NCBI GenBank assembly: GCA_964016885.1
Contig: OZ024745.1
Location: 103,478,001-103,542,000 of the forward strand
Source of the DNA: Eledone cirrhosa
Lineage: Eukaryota
DNA length: 64,000 nt
Reading direction: 5' to 3'
Part shown: piece by piece, positions 12,090 through 26,284 of the stretch
Position numbering within the stretch: the stretch's first letter is position 1
Layout of the letters: each line of letters opens with the position of its first letter
Position numbers and translations under genes: made by a program
Notes under the pieces: model-generated
What the model was told of the DNA's origin: nothing
Seen by the model: only the letters and a program-made list of their open reading frames with translations
Databases searched by the model: none

Positions 12090-12275
12090 AAATAATTGTT
12101 TCTACTTTTGGCACAAGGCCAGCAATTATCCCAGTGCATTACTGGTACTTTATTTTATCGACCTTGTAAGGATGAAAGGCAAAGTTAACCTTGGCAGGAT
12201 TTGAACTCAGACCATAAACAAAGGGACGTAACTCTAAGCTGGAAAGCATGGCGGCCGACCCTTTACCAATACTGG
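12090..12275 (-). mobile_element. SINE family B
   Basis: Reverse complement of core and tail; another minus copy at ~8965-9155. Confidence 0.8.
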
Positions 12276-12339
12276 TGAAAATAATGTTGTTGCATTTGAC
12301 ATTGCCATCAACAAAGTACTTGACTGTCTGGCACAATAA

Positions 12340-12900
12340 TGTTCTGGTTAAGCTGTCGCCCTATGGTTCCCATCTATCTCCCATCTCTTGGATCAGAAAC
12401 TTTGTCAAATCACATTTTCCCATTGTACACTGATAGAGTTCTCTCTATCACCTGTAATATGACACAAGATTTTGTTTTATCCCCATACACTTCTTCCCTT
12501 AAATTAATGACCAATGTGTTGTCACCTTTAACAATGCTCACTTTACAAACTTCTCTGAAGTCCTCTGAAGTCCCACACACAGACATCATTTACTTGAAAA
12601 CTTCCTTCAAAAAACAAAAATACATTCATTACCCAGTCTCGTACCTCATCCTCTCTAGTTTAGGACAACATGCAATTAAAATACTAGGCCTCACAACATC
12701 TGAGGGTCTCTTCTACCAATCTCAAATTAAACAACATATCAAAAACAGTAACCTAAAGACTAGACTTTCTATACAGGGATATAAAATACTTTAACTCTGA
12801 ACAGTTGCTTTAATTTCAACTCTAAACAAAGCTCAAGTTAGACCCATAATTGCATACTACTTTAAAATATGGACATCCAAAAGATCATCCAGGTGATTGC
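12340..12900 (+). pseudogene. Highly decayed Jockey/CR1/I-group LINE RT fragment
   Basis: Remnant motifs SWIRNF, TQDFVLSP (cf. PQGSVLSP), KILGLT, KAQVRPIIAY (cf. YKxxVRPxLEY). Confidence 0.55.
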
Positions 12901-12921
12901 AAAGACTTACTCATTATCCTC

Positions 12922-13380
12922 ATCATTATCGTTTAATGTCCACTTTCCACACTAGCATGGATTCGACGGGTTGTCCCATTGACAGGTTGTCTCATTTGAG
13001 GCAAGTTGGGTCAGGTGACCGTGTCTTACTCATATAGAACTGTTTCTGGCTAGATTTCCACAGCTGGATGCCCTTCCTAATGTCAACAACATTTACAGTG
13101 TGGGCTGAGTACTTTTGTCATGACACCAACACGACCACTTTACAATGTGGGCTGGGTGCTTTTAGTCGTGACACCAACACGACAACTTTGCAGTGTGTGC
13201 TGGGTGCTTTTAGTCGTGACACCTACACAACAACTTTACAGTGTGAGCTGGGTGATTTTTATCATGGCACCTACAGGACCACTTTACAGTTTGGGCTGGG
13301 TGACTTTTATCATGATTCTTACAGGACCACTTTACAGAGTGGGCTGGGTACTTTTAGTCATGACACCTACATGACCACTT
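12922..13380 (-). mobile_element. SINE A-type tail with ~7 diverged 42-bp body repeats
   Basis: CCACTTTACAGTGTGGGCTGGGTGCTTTT unit repeated; same unit as 56783-58050. Confidence 0.8.
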
Positions 13381-13969
13381 TACTCATTAACACAATTCTA
13401 AATCCAACCCCGTCTCCTCACTTTTCCTCTTTTACAGCTACTACAATGGTCTGTTCTTGGAACTTCAGTTACATACCACCTTCACACAAGACTCTAGTCT
13501 TTTATCCTCTCATCACAACTGCTCTGCTTTTCTCTCTTACTCTAAGCACCTCATTAACCAGTATTCCCAATTTTTCATCCTCAGAACACCAACTTTTGGG
13601 AATTCCTGTCCCGCCCACACTTTTCCTGCAAATGTCAATCATCAGATGTTTAGCTAAACATCAACTGTATCAATTTCAGAATTAGCAAGACATGCTCAAT
13701 GTCATGGTGACAGCCCTCTTCACCCCTTTCACTTTCAAAATAATAAAATAAAAACCCGGAAATAAGTAGCAATTCTTTTCCATGATGAAATGGCTGTAAT
13801 AAATGTTTTCTCACAAAGTTTATCAAATCACCATAGTTACAAGTTTATGTAACTAATACCTAAATGGAAAAGAACATGAAATAATACAAAATATTTCCCA
13901 TTACTCTTTATGGAATGCACACGCTACACACACAAATATATATTTATATATATATAGATGTGTATGTGT

Positions 13970-14560
13970 TGTGCAATGTGTGATGCTGCATGGTGGAGTG
14001 GCATGAGCATAGAATGCAGAAGATATGCAAAGGCTGGATAGAAATGGAGTGAGCATGCTTCAATGGATGTGCAATGTTAAGCATGAATGACAAAGCATTG
14101 ATGAATTGAGAGAAAAACTGGGTATAAGTGGAATCAGATGTAGTGTGTGAAAGAGAAGACTGCTTTGGTGTGAACATGTGATGTGCATGGATGATGATTA
14201 CTAGGAGAAGAGGTGCTTAGAAATCCCAATGGAAAAAATCTGAAGTAGAGGAAGACTGAGAAAGATGTGGTGAGAACTGATTTCATGTTACTGATGTTCA
14301 CAAAGATGACAATGGAATGTAATGAAAGGATGGAAAAGTAAATGTAGAATTATGATGATGATATATAACGTCATCATTCTTCTTTTACATCTGTTTTCCA
14401 ATGCTAGCATGTATCGGACATATCCTTTCCAGCACAGCTTCCCTCTACTTGTTGCTTTCCTTCATCACCTCCTTTGTGAAGTTCACCATCCTAAGATCAG
14501 CACTTACCACCTCTGCTAAGGTCTTCCTTGGTATTCATCTACTACAGCTTCTTCGCCCCA
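13970..14560. mobile_element. Two degenerate RTE 3' ends, tail to tail
   Basis: Decayed homology to the family A C-terminus in both orientations. Confidence 0.7.
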
Positions 14561-14619
14561 AAATATACATCCATATGCATCACATGTCTATACCAGCACA
14601 AATATGTCAAATTTTTCCT

Positions 14620-14870
14620 CCTTATAGGATCCAGTTCATAACACATTCTGACAGTTGGTGACTTTTCAGTATCCTCACTCCCATCTGTGCAGTCATTTCT
14701 GGTGGCACACCTGAATAGTGGAGTTTCTATCCTCCATCCAAATCTACAGTACCAGCACCACAGAACATTGTTGAGAAAACCCCAACTATATCTGGCCGGT
14801 AGCATCTAACCTCCTCCACTAGTTCCTGCTCCTTGCTTGTAAGGTTAGAAATGTCCAGTTTCCAATTGTC
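14620..14870 (-). mobile_element. Degenerate Rex3/Expander-type RTE APE fragment
   Basis: SKEQELVEEVRCYRPDIVG...GWKLHYSGVPPEMTAQMGV. Confidence 0.6.
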
Positions 14871-15254
14871 AAGGGTTTTTTTCCTTTCAGGATCCTCTCT
14901 GGACACATAACCTTTGTACTTCTATCCCATACATCCCAGGACAGGCCCATCACCATTTCTTGCAGCATTGGATGGAGACTGGAATATATTTTTCAAACAG
15001 GCCCCTTTACCTAAGGCCTGAACACATCCTTTGTTATCCCACTCAAAGATCAATTCAGTATATATGCCTTTTCTGTTTCCGATATTATTGCAGTGTTTTG
15101 GCAGTTTTATTTGCACCAGTGACCAATTTAACAATATCATTTATTTATTTAATCAATTTAAACACCATCAAAGAGCTAGTAAGCCATGCCTAGATGAGGT
15201 ATCTAGTCCCCCTTACAAAAACAAGATAGACAAATTTTAAAAAAAAGGGAGTGG

Positions 15255-15545
15255 GGGGTCTAATGGAAGGCAAAAGAAGCTTTAAAAAAAAGAAGATAAT
15301 GAAAAAAATGGAAAACTTTTGGCAGCTATAAAGCTGCTAAAAGTTTTTGTTGTTGAATCTTAGACGCCATGTACAAGATCTTGTTTATAGTTGGTAGACA
15401 ATATTGTCTACCAACTATAAACAAGATCTTTGAGTACATGGCGTCTAAGATTCAACAACAAAAACTTTTAGCAGCTTTATAGCTGCCAAAAGTTTTCCAT
15501 TTTTTTCATTATCTTCTTTTTTTTAAAGCTTCTTTTGCCTTCTAT
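15255..15545. repeat. Near-perfect palindrome, ~140-bp arms
   Basis: Centre GTAGACAATATTGTCTAC at ~15402; arms differ by small indels. Confidence 0.9.
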
Positions 15546-16199
15546 TTTTTTTTAAATCCTTTTTTTTTTTAATTTGTCTATCTTTGGTAGGTTTTTAATG
15601 ATCAGCTTCTAGATATCCTCTCTTGGAAGTTAAAACTTACAGCAGCTAGCTGTCAGTTGTATTTGATAGGACTAAAGCAGTGAACCATTTATGGGATAGT
15701 AGAATAGTTAAATGGTTAAAAAGGGAGAAAGGGGGAAGGAACACATACTAAGAGGGCAGGAACCCTACTCAAATCACTTAACGAAAATTAAATAATGGGA
15801 AATTTAATTTATGGAACATATCATGTAAATACAGTTTTAATAGAAAAAGAAAAAAAAAGAAAATTTAGATTGAGAAGAATGGAATGTGAAATTGGAAAAT
15901 ATAGAGAAAAAAAGAGAACAAGAAAGAAAAAATGGGAAGTGGAGGGAATGACAAGGACTGTAGTGTGACAGAAGAATGGGAGAGGAGGAGGGGGGGAGGA
16001 TTGGGCTCTGGGCCAAAATAACAGATCAAATGCAAGTATGCAATGCCAGAAATATACAGATACAGTATACAGATTTTTATGTTGACTGTTTACTTAGTAC
16101 ATTGAGTTGTACAGGGTTTCTTTTTTATGTTTGCAATCATAGAATGTCAACTGCTGGCTTTGGTATCTAATGTTTGTAAGCCAGGGGCGATGAAATCAC

Positions 16200-16372
16200 T
16201 ATAAATTATATACAATACATTATATACAATAAATTATATACAATACATTATATACAATAAATTATATACAATACATTATATACAATAAATTATATACAAT
16301 ACATTATATACAATAAATTATATACAATAAATTATATACAATACATTATATACAATAAATTATATACAATAC
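16200..16372. repeat. AT-rich 14/28-bp minisatellite
   Basis: ATAAATTATATACAATACATTATATACA repeats. Confidence 0.9.
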
Positions 16373-16933
16373 GTTAATGAAGCCTGGTACAGATGTAACA
16401 GCTCAGGTGTTACTAATGTGTAACAGATCCACAATAAAATAAAGTGGCAAATACAATGTTTGTGCTGTAGAAACACAGATTTTGAATCCAATACATCTTC
16501 ACCTTTGTTGCTAAAGGCTATTACACTAAATGTTAAAGGCCTGAACTGAACCGGAATATGTTATATTAGAATACCAATTACTTATTTTAATCCATTTGCT
16601 CTTTTATCATACAACCAATTGTATGTTCTCATTTGTCTGTTGTCGTGGGAATTGATCTGTTCTTTCCCATCCAGTTTATTTTGGCCAATCAACTGACCAG
16701 ACATTGAGGAAATTTCCGAACTAACGTAGAAGATAGACGTTAAATGATGATGATGATGATGATGATGATATATGAAAAGATTCAGGGGTCCTGAATCTTT
16801 TCATATTACCCACTCTACTACCCCCAAGTATCGAGTACTCTGGTGGGTTATGGTCTAGCTGGTTTTTACCACACCCTATCTAATATATATATATATATAT
16901 GTCAATGTCTATTTATAAAACTGTTATATATTG

Positions 16934-16998
16934 TATTTTGTCTGATGAAGGCATACCATAATGTAACTTGGTATCCTTGAAATATATATAATGAAATA
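16934..16998 (+). ncRNA. Type I hammerhead ribozyme (Penelope pLTR type)
   Basis: TATTTTGT-CTGATGA-aggcatacca..tggtatcctt-GAAA-TATATATA-ATGAAATA; homolog at 33442-33506(-). Confidence 0.8.
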
Positions 16999-17125
16999 AA
17001 TATGGTTTTATAAATATAGTTTCCATTTATTAATATTGTATATCTACTCCAAATATTTGTCGAGTGCTTTATATCAGTTATAAAAATATTTGCTTGTTGT
17101 ATCCCAACAATTTAAATAAAACTTT

Positions 17126-17198
<73 letters not shown>

Positions 17199-17374
17199 AG
17201 AGAGAAGTGGGGGGGGGGTAAAATTGGAAATAGCACGGAAAATATATTTTAGGGCCTGTTTTTCTTTTTTTTTCCTTTCTTTGATTCGTCAAAGTGACAG
17301 TATTGAAAACATGAGAGGGACAATTCTTTTAAAAAAGAGTTTTATAAAGTATATAAAGTATTACCGGTTTTGAT

Positions 17375-17566
17375 GTGGTGGATTGGCAGTATCGGTAGAA
17401 GGTCGGACGCCATGCTTTGACGCATAGAGTTACGGCCCCTATCATTCTGAGTTCAAATCCTGCCGAGGTTAACTTTGCCTTTCATCCTTACGGGGTCGAT
17501 AAAATAAAGTACCAGTAATGTACTGGATAATTGCTGGCCTTGTGCCAAAAGTAGAAACAATTATTA
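17375..17566 (+). mobile_element. SINE family B, full length
   Basis: Head, B box, core and tail. Confidence 0.8.
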
Positions 17567-17856
17567 AAATCCATCTTATCAAATGCTGAGTATTACAATT
17601 AAAAACAATTAAAAATTAAAAATTAAAGATTTAAAATTAAGAGGTAAGTTTTTTTCATCTTCCTTGCTGAGAAGGAGACTGGAGAATGAACTCTTGCGTA
17701 TAGAGAGAGAGGTGTAGTCATAAAGTAGCAGCAGTGGTGGTAGGTGTGTTTCTTCACGGATCTCTCTATATATATGTGTGTGTGTGTATGTGTGAGTGTG
17801 GAAATAATCGATGATGATGATGATATATGTATATATAACAAATTTAATATAGAAAT

Positions 17857-17908
17857 GGCTTCTACAGGACTAGAACTGTTTCATTCAAAGGAAATCATCA
17901 GGAAAGCC
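17857..17908 (-). ncRNA. Type I hammerhead ribozyme
   Basis: TTTC-CTGATGA-TTTCCTTTGAAT-GAAACAG..CTGTA-GAAG; homolog at 62995-63045. Confidence 0.65.
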
Positions 17909-17987
17909 CTGATGATTTCCTACTAATGTATTGAGTACCTTACTTCGTGAGGTACCCCACCCCCCGATTGAACCCAGGACTTACACA

Positions 17988-18041
<54 letters not shown>

Positions 18042-18221
18042 TAAATATATATAAATATGTGTGTATATATATATATAAATATATATATATGTACATAAGT
18101 CTTTATATTTGTATGTGTATAATATAAAAAGATGGAGAGGTGGGATGAAATTTTACTAGGCAAGACCATTATTTTAACTTAGTACTCTATACTTCAGAAA
18201 AAATATACTTGCATGTGTGTG

Positions 18222-18267
<46 letters not shown>

Positions 18268-18798
18268 GGGGATATATTAATATAAACAGTTTAAAAATAC
18301 ATATTTGTGATATCCAGCTCAATGCTCAGGTGAATTCATCAATGGTTTAGGCTTTACTTTTGTCTTGCTAGCATATCACCATGTTTCTCCTTCTTGCGTC
18401 TTTGTGTCTCAAGTCAAGATTAGGTAGTGTAATACAAATTATCTTCCTTTGGAACATTTTCTCTTGAGTGACTGAACAGTTCTATTGAAAAGTGACAGTA
18501 CTTATCATCAGAGGCATTAGGTGTATGAGGAAGGATTGTGTGTGCTTTTTATTTTAATGCTTCCTGTTTGTCATCTTGCTTTCTGCACTTAACACTTTGT
18601 ATGGTTTTTATGCAGCAATAATATTCTGCTATGTGAAGACAATCATTATAAACCAGCTTTGTGTAGTTTTCAGATATCTTTCAAAGAAAATATATCGGAA
18701 TATTATTAGTAAAGTATCTTTAGAGTAAGTGTTTTGTTATCAAAAAATGTTTGCTATTAACTGTGTTAGAAGCTCTCAGAAAAATCACTTTTGAGTGA

Positions 18799-18832
<34 letters not shown>

Positions 18833-19239
18833 ATTCTTCTGGTTTCATTATTTTATAAATGTTTACCAATAGAGAGAGAGAGAGCTAGTTTCTAACATAG
18901 ACACAAGACTCTTTCATTGGAATTTAGACATCAACTAGATAAATATGTCTGCATGTCTGCATTCGTGTGTGTGTGTGTGGGCAAATATGGATGTTATTGC
19001 ATGTGTAGATCTGTATGCTTTGAGTTATATGTGAACACATGCATGTTTTGTATACATGTGTATATGCATATGCATACATGTTTATACATGTTATACATGT
19101 GTATCTGCAGATGCAAATGCTGTTTGTGACTGTTAGTGTGAGTGTTTTTTGTGTTTGCGTTAGTGAGTGTTAGTGCTTGCATAAGTGAGTGTTAGTGTTT
19201 GTGTTAATGTTCAGGTTAGCATTAGTGTTAATTTTTTTT

Positions 19240-19830
19240 ACATGCATATTTTTACAGTTCCATTAATGGATTGTACTTATAACTTCCTAACTAGTCGTGT
19301 TCTTTTTGTTTCTGTAAAGCCCAGCTTCTCAAGATTTGTACTGACATGGTTGCCCAGTGCCCCAATAATCACAGGTATAAATCTGATGGTATCGTCAGGT
19401 TAGAGTATCTGCAGATTCCTCATTAGTTCTGCATAAATGTTCTTTTTACTAATCTTTAATATTATATTGGCATATGCTGGGCAGTTAACTTCCACTACTG
19501 TACATGCCTTCTTTTCCCTGTCCCATATCACTATATCTGGTCGGTTATGCTTGCATTTTATTAGGGTTTTGACTGGAACATTCCACCAGTACTCTTTCAT
19601 ATGTATATGTCTTCCACATACCTGTAACTTTTAAAATGTTTATTGTCAGGGCTATCTTTTCTATGGATTGCATTGTATAGTGTTTTGGCCACTACATCAT
19701 ACCTCATAGGTAGATAGTACCGCGATGACATCTTTGGACAGCTGCTTATAACATGGATGACATCTTCAATGTTAATTCAGCAGAGTCTGCACTTGTTGTC
19801 ACATCTAGGTCTTTTGCCTGCATTATTATT
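19240..19830 (-). mobile_element. R4/Dong-like RLE non-LTR retrotransposon 3' remnant
   Basis: Zn-knuckle remnant (EDVIHVISSCPK), then HNRPDIVIWD..VVEV..P and FIPVIIGALG (PD-(D/E)xK restriction-like endonuclease). Confidence 0.8.
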
Positions 19831-20555
19831 GGTAGTATCAGTAGAGGGTCGGACGCCATTCTTTCTAGCATAGTTACGTCCCTTTACAGTCTGAGTTCAA
19901 ATCCCGCCGAGGTTAACTTTGCCTTTCATCCTTACGGGGTCGATAAAATAAAGTACCAGTAATGTACTGGGTAATTGCTGGCCATGTGCCTAAAGTAGAA
20001 ACAATTATTATTTTGTCTTTCATCCTTACGGGGTCGATAAAATAAAGTACCAGTAATACACTGGGATAATTGCTGGCCTTGTGCCAAAAGTAGAAACAAT
20101 TATTATTATTTGCAGTGTACAAGGGTGGTAGATTGGCAGTATCAGTAGAGTGTCAGACACTATGATTTGCAACATAGAGTTATGGTCCTTTACATTCTGA
20201 GTTCAAATTCCACTGAGGTTAACTTTCCCTTTCATCCTTACGGGGTCGATAAAATAAAATACCAGTAATACACTGGGGTAATTGCTGGCTTTGTGCCAAA
20301 AGTAGAAACAATTATTATTATATGTGATGTACAAGGGTGGTAGATTATCAGTAGAGTATGGGACACCATGCTTTGCAGCATAGAGTTATGGTCCTTTACG
20401 TTCTGAGTTCAGATCCTGCTATGGTCAGCTTTGCCTTTCATCTTTACGGGGTCGATAAAATAAAGTACCAGTAATGCACTGAGGTTGGTTTGACTTTCTC
20501 CAACAAAAAAGATAAAGAAATATTATTAACCTTGTGCCAAAATCAGAATCCATTA
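19830..20555 (+). mobile_element. Head-to-tail array of ~4 SINE family B copies
   Basis: Core repeated at ~19920, 20015, 20228, 20432. Confidence 0.85.
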
Positions 20556-20872
20556 TTTACAATGTAAGCAGTTCAGTGTGCTTACAGATTTATGCCTCCT
20601 TTAAATTAAGCAACAAAATACTACTTATCTTTAGTTATGGACATTTATGTCAACACAGATATCACCTCTTTCAACTCAGTAGCTATACAGAGTTAGTTTG
20701 ATTGCTTTATTACCTATCTCAAATAGTTGTTAACAATTTTGTTTCATTTGCTATAGCTTACTTAAAAACGTTTTTATGTTTTACCTCTGTATTTCTAAGT
20801 GTGACAGTTAGAGTGGCAAGGATAGAAATTGGTAATGTGTTGGCATGTGAAAATAATTACAAAACATATGTA

Positions 20873-21237
20873 GGAGGCACATGGCTTAGTGGAGGCACAT
20901 GGCTTAGTGGTTAGAGCATTGGCCTTGCAATCGCAAGGTTGTGAGTTCAATTCTCAAACCAGGTGATGTGTTGTTTCCTTGAGCAAGACCCTTTATTTCA
21001 CATTGCTCCAGTTTACTCAGCTGTAGAAATGAGATGATAGGGACTGGGGTCCCTATCATTCCACTGCAAAGTGGTCGTGGAGGTGCCACGGCAAAAAAGC
21101 ACCTAGCACTCACTGTAAATGAGATTGGTGTTAGGAAGGGCATCCAGCTGTAGAAATCAAGCCAAAATCAGTTCCCGTCCCACCCTTGCAAGCAGGGAAA
21201 AAGTGGACGTAAAATGAAATGATGATGATGATGATGT
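20873..21237 (+). mobile_element. SINE family A, RTE-A-type tail
   Basis: Duplicated 5' GGAGGCACATGGCTTAGT; tail CCCGTCCCACCCTTGCAAGCAGGG...(GAT)n. Confidence 0.9.
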
Positions 21238-21675
21238 AGTATTAAAATGAATAAATATACACTTCATTATCTGTTCCATGCATGCATGTTTCTAGCAGCC
21301 ATCAGTGCATAAATTTATATTCATGCCCATCACTTTTATTAGAGAAAATTTCTGAATGCATGTATGTTGTTATGCCATAAAATGAAATCAGTTGAAAATG
21401 TCATTAACATCAAAAACTTTCCCTTTCTATTCCCAAATAAGAAAATAATAGTTGAAAATATAATGGATAATATCAGATGGATATTACTTGAAGGTTAGTG
21501 GTAAGTAATATTTTGTAAGTTGTTTGCATATGCTTAGTGAAGCACAGCAAATACATAACATTTTTGTTTATTTTTGTGAAATTTTCTCTAAGTTTGTGAA
21601 TTGCAACTGTGACCAAACCAAATTGAACACAATTTCTACAATTTACATACTAGACACAGTGACTCACATCAATAT

Positions 21676-21731
<56 letters not shown>

Positions 21732-21879
21732 TTATAAGCAGCAACAGCCACATTATGTGCAGCAGCAGCATAATTATCATTTTGACATTCAATTTTCTAC
21801 ATTTACCTTGACTGGAAAATTATGCAGTTCAAGGTTTTTTTTTTCCTCTTTTTAACCTATGTATTCTGAAATGTTAACT

Positions 21880-22852
21880 CTCCCACCATGAAAACCACCA
21901 CTAACTCCCACCACGACCATCATCACCACCACCACCACCACTACTCCCACCACGACCACCACCACCACCACCACCACCATCGAAACCACCACTACTCCCA
22001 CTACAACCATTACCACCACCATCACCACCACCACCATCAAAACCACCACTACTCCCACCACCACCACCACCACCACCACTATCAAAACCACCACTACTCC
22101 CACAACGACCATTACCACCACCACCACCACCATTAAAACCACCACTACTCCCACCACGACCATCACCACCACCACCATCACCCCTACTCCCACCACCACC
22201 ATCACCCTTACTCCCACCACCACCATCACCCCTACTCCCACCACCACCATCACCATTACCACCACCACCATCACCACACTACCACCACCATCACCCCACC
22301 ACCACCATCAACCCCCTCCCCAACCCACTACTCCCACCACCACCATCACCATCACCACCACCACCACCATCAAAACCCACCACTACTCCCACCACCATCA
22401 TCACCATCACCACCATCAAAACACCCCCACTACTTCCACCACCATCATCCCCATCACCACCATCAAAACCCCTCATTACTCCCACCACGACCATCACCAC
22501 TACGATCACCTCCACCACCATCAAAACCACCACTACAATCACCACCACCACCACTACCATCACCACCACCACCATCAAAACCCACCACTACTCCCACCAC
22601 GACCATCACCACTACAATCACCTCCACCACCATCAAAACCACCACTACAATCACCACCACCACCTCCACCACCACCACTGGCATCCCCATCGCAATCACT
22701 ACCACCACCACGACCATCACTACCACCAGAATTGCAACCATCACCATTACCACCACCATCACAACCATCACTACCACCACCACCCTACCACCATCCTACC
22801 ATCACCACCACCACCACCATCACAATCATCACCACCGCCACCAACATCACCA
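21880..22852. repeat. Degenerate (CAC/CAT)n low-complexity satellite
   Basis: Poly-His/Val ORFs arise from the triplet repeat. Confidence 0.9.
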
Positions 22853-23343
22853 AGGTCACTCTAACATTCTCTTCCAAATCTTCTTTGAATAACTAATACT
22901 ATAAGTATCCTCAATCACTAGTTTGTGGAGAGAGACCTACACCCACCCACCCACCTTTCCACTCAGTATATATCCTGTATTTGAATTACATGTCTCAACT
23001 CATCTCTACTTCACCTTTCTCTCTAAGTTAACATTGTAAATAAACTGTTCCAACCTCAGTTTATTCTCTCCTAACCACTGAAAATAAGCAAACAAATGTT
23101 AGCAAAAATCTCTTGCAAGTTTTATGATTAAGATCCTTCCCTGTTCATCTTGCTATATATATATATATTTTTTTTGTTTGTTTGTTTTTTTCCATTTATT
23201 CCATTTATTCCATTCCTTTTATATCGTTTCCTGTTCAATCCCACTGCACAGCACTTTGGGCAAATATCTTCTACCATAGCCTTGGGCTGACCGAGGTCTT
23301 GTGAGTGGGATTGTGGAATTTAATGGACAGAAACTGCAGAAGC

Positions 23344-23389
<46 letters not shown>

Positions 23390-24043
23390 TCCCACTAACA
23401 CCTCTACTAATACACACACCCTCCTCCCGCATGACCCCCTCCCCACTCCACCTTTCATACCTACCTATCCTCTTCCCTGTCCACCGCACCTCCGCACACA
23501 CTGACACACTGACTTTCTCCACCTGCCATTCTCCTCTACTGCTGCTATGCCTTGACCCTCTGACCACTTCTCCGCACACACAGACACACAGCCCTCTCCA
23601 CCTGTCATTCTCCTCTACCCTGATCCTGCCATGACCCTCTGACCATTTCCTGTTGCGCGCGCACCCCACATCTCCCCTCTTCCGACTACCACAACCACGG
23701 ATTACACACCATTGGCCATCGTTCCCACTATCTACTCCATCACATGAAAATATCCGGCAGCTCTTCACACCCTCTACGGAACTACTTTAGGAACTTACCC
23801 ACGAACATACACTCACAAACATTTTTTTCGAACCACGCCACCTACATCCACAAAACGTATAAACACCACACACACGTGCGTACCCCCACATATATACACA
23901 CCACTTGTTTATCTTCATGTTTATTTTATTTATTTTTATTTGTACCCCTTCCACCGTTTTTCCTCCTTTTTTTGTACCCCTTCCACCGTTTTTCCCCCCT
24001 TTTTTTTCTAAATGTCTCTCCTCCACCCCCTCGGAACTCCCTT

Positions 24044-24105
<62 letters not shown>

Positions 24106-24406
24106 GAATAAACAGGAGAGATGAACACTAATATAAACATACATGTGTTCGAATCGTAAGTGTCCAATATAGGTCTGTTATTTTTCTTAATTTTTCTTAA
24201 TTTAATATTTAAAGTTAAGTATAACAAACCATATTGCTGTAGTTAGTATTTTTTCACCCTAGCAAATTTGGTCCTTACGATTCGAACACATCTCTCTTGT
24301 TTATTCAAATATATTGTATGGCTCGGAAAAGGTTTTTTCTTAGAGCTATTTAATTGTAAGAGACTACTCTGAGTTCTTAACTCAATATATATATATTTAT
24401 ATATAT

Positions 24407-25272
24407 AAGTTACACAATAATCAAAGCTATGTTCAAATCATTTTATTGCTGACAATCGTTTCTTCCAAACTATCGTTTGGAATCATTGGAGCATTAGCAA
24501 TGTTTGTACATATAATTAACCTCCTATTCAACTGAACAATCATATAGATACATGGATATTAATGTTGTCAACAATAGTTTCGTATTTACACAGTGGAATG
24601 GATGCGACATAGATTTCAAGAGTACAATGATTAAAATTAAAAATTAAAACTTAAAAGGCACAGAGTGGAATGCATGCGACAGAGATCAGTATAACAATTA
24701 TAGACATTAAGGTAGAAAGTTACTCGTGAAATGAGAACACTAGCAGTACATATGCAAGCATATAGAGAGTGCAAATGCAATAGGCATATACAGGAAGGAA
24801 ACAAGCAATGGTACTAAGCATATATAATTTCTGCGAAGCAAAGGTATCACATAAAACAACATATGTTTACAAGCAGGCAAAGCTGTTTTTGTATTAAAAT
24901 TATTAGTTTATGGTGGATGTTTTATCACACTACATCCACCATAAACTAATAATTTTAATACAAAAACAAGCTTTGCCTGCTTGTAAACATATGTTGTTTT
25001 ATGTGATACCTTTGCCTCGCAGAAATTTTAATTTTTAATTTTAATTATTGTACAATTCTCTTGAAATCTATGTCGTATCCATTCCACTCTGTAAATACGA
25101 AACTGTTGTTGACAACATTAATATCCATGTATCTATATGATTGTTCAGTTGAATAGGAGGTTAATTATATGTACAAACATTGCTAATGTTCCGATGATTC
25201 CAAACGATAGTTTGGAAGAAACGATTCTCAGCAATAAAATGATTTGAACGTAGTTTTGATTATTGTGTAATT
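24407..25272. repeat. ~870-bp imperfect foldback with a degenerate hammerhead in each arm
   Basis: Centre ~24925; HHR-like motifs at 24447-24493(-) and 25187-25233(+): CCGATGA-TTCCAAAC/GTTTGGAA-GAAACGATT(G/C)TC. Confidence 0.8.
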
Positions 25273-25405
25273 TATATTCTTGCTCTGTAAAACATCTCAT
25301 GTATTTACATTGAGCTATTTTTCTTACTGATAATAAGGTAGTAATAAATTACTGACCTTTCATGTTTATAGTTGTATATAGTGTATACATAACTATAAAT
25401 AATAT

Positions 25406-25460
<55 letters not shown>

Positions 25461-25670
25461 TACATATATATATACATATATACAGATCAGAGCAAACATC
25501 ACGGACGCTCTATCTCAAAATTATTTTTGAAAAGCATTAGAAATGCGCAACCGGTAAAACTTAAAACCAAAACTGAATACTAACCAATACTATTACTAAT
25601 TCTCACTTATTCCTAATTAAACTATTTTTCACTGTGAACAATTTGTCAGCATTTTCTATTCCGTTTACCA

Positions 25671-25714
<44 letters not shown>

Positions 25715-25904
25715 CAAAGAAGGTGTGGTAAGATGCCAGGTGGACCATAACGTACCAGCCCAGTACTAGGGTCGATTCTTCCTCTATAGAAAAAATCGGC
25801 TGTGTTCAGACCTGGAAAGGGTTGGGCACCGCCAAGTTTAAAAGTGCCCTAGACATACTTGTGCCTCTACCACTCCACAAGTATATATATATATATATAT
25901 ATTT

Positions 25905-26193
25905 ATATAGTGAAAAGATAACAAGGACGATGGGTTACTCCTTCATTACATTTATTGGTTGGTGACGCGTGTTTTGCCACTGATCAGCTCAAGGTTCGGA
26001 TCAAACCTTGAGCTGATCAGTGGCGAAACGCACGTCACCAACCAGTAACTGTAATGAAGGAGTAACCAATCGTCCTTGTTATCTTTTTACTATAATACAC
26101 TCTGTATAGCTCTACACCTTGACACTGAAGTGAACCTAAACATCGAGTGCTCACCCGAGTGAACCTACAGTAACTCCAAGTTACACTCCCTGG
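25905..26193 (+). mobile_element. Penelope-type terminal fragment with inverted 5' duplication
   Basis: ~90-bp-arm foldback; homologous to 6095-6284. Confidence 0.6.
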
Positions 26194-26284
26194 ATATATA
26201 TTTATATATATGTGTGTGTGTGTGTGTTCCGTAGCTTAGTGTTCTGACAAAAAGAGATTGATAAAATGCCAAATAAATATATAT

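Noticed and set aside
17064-17292. YIYIYI-type ORFs throughout the window
   Set aside because: Translations of (TA)n microsatellites.
21852-22783. Poly-Val/His/Gly ORFs (also 61772-62167)
   Set aside because: Triplet low-complexity repeats; no splice or coding evidence.
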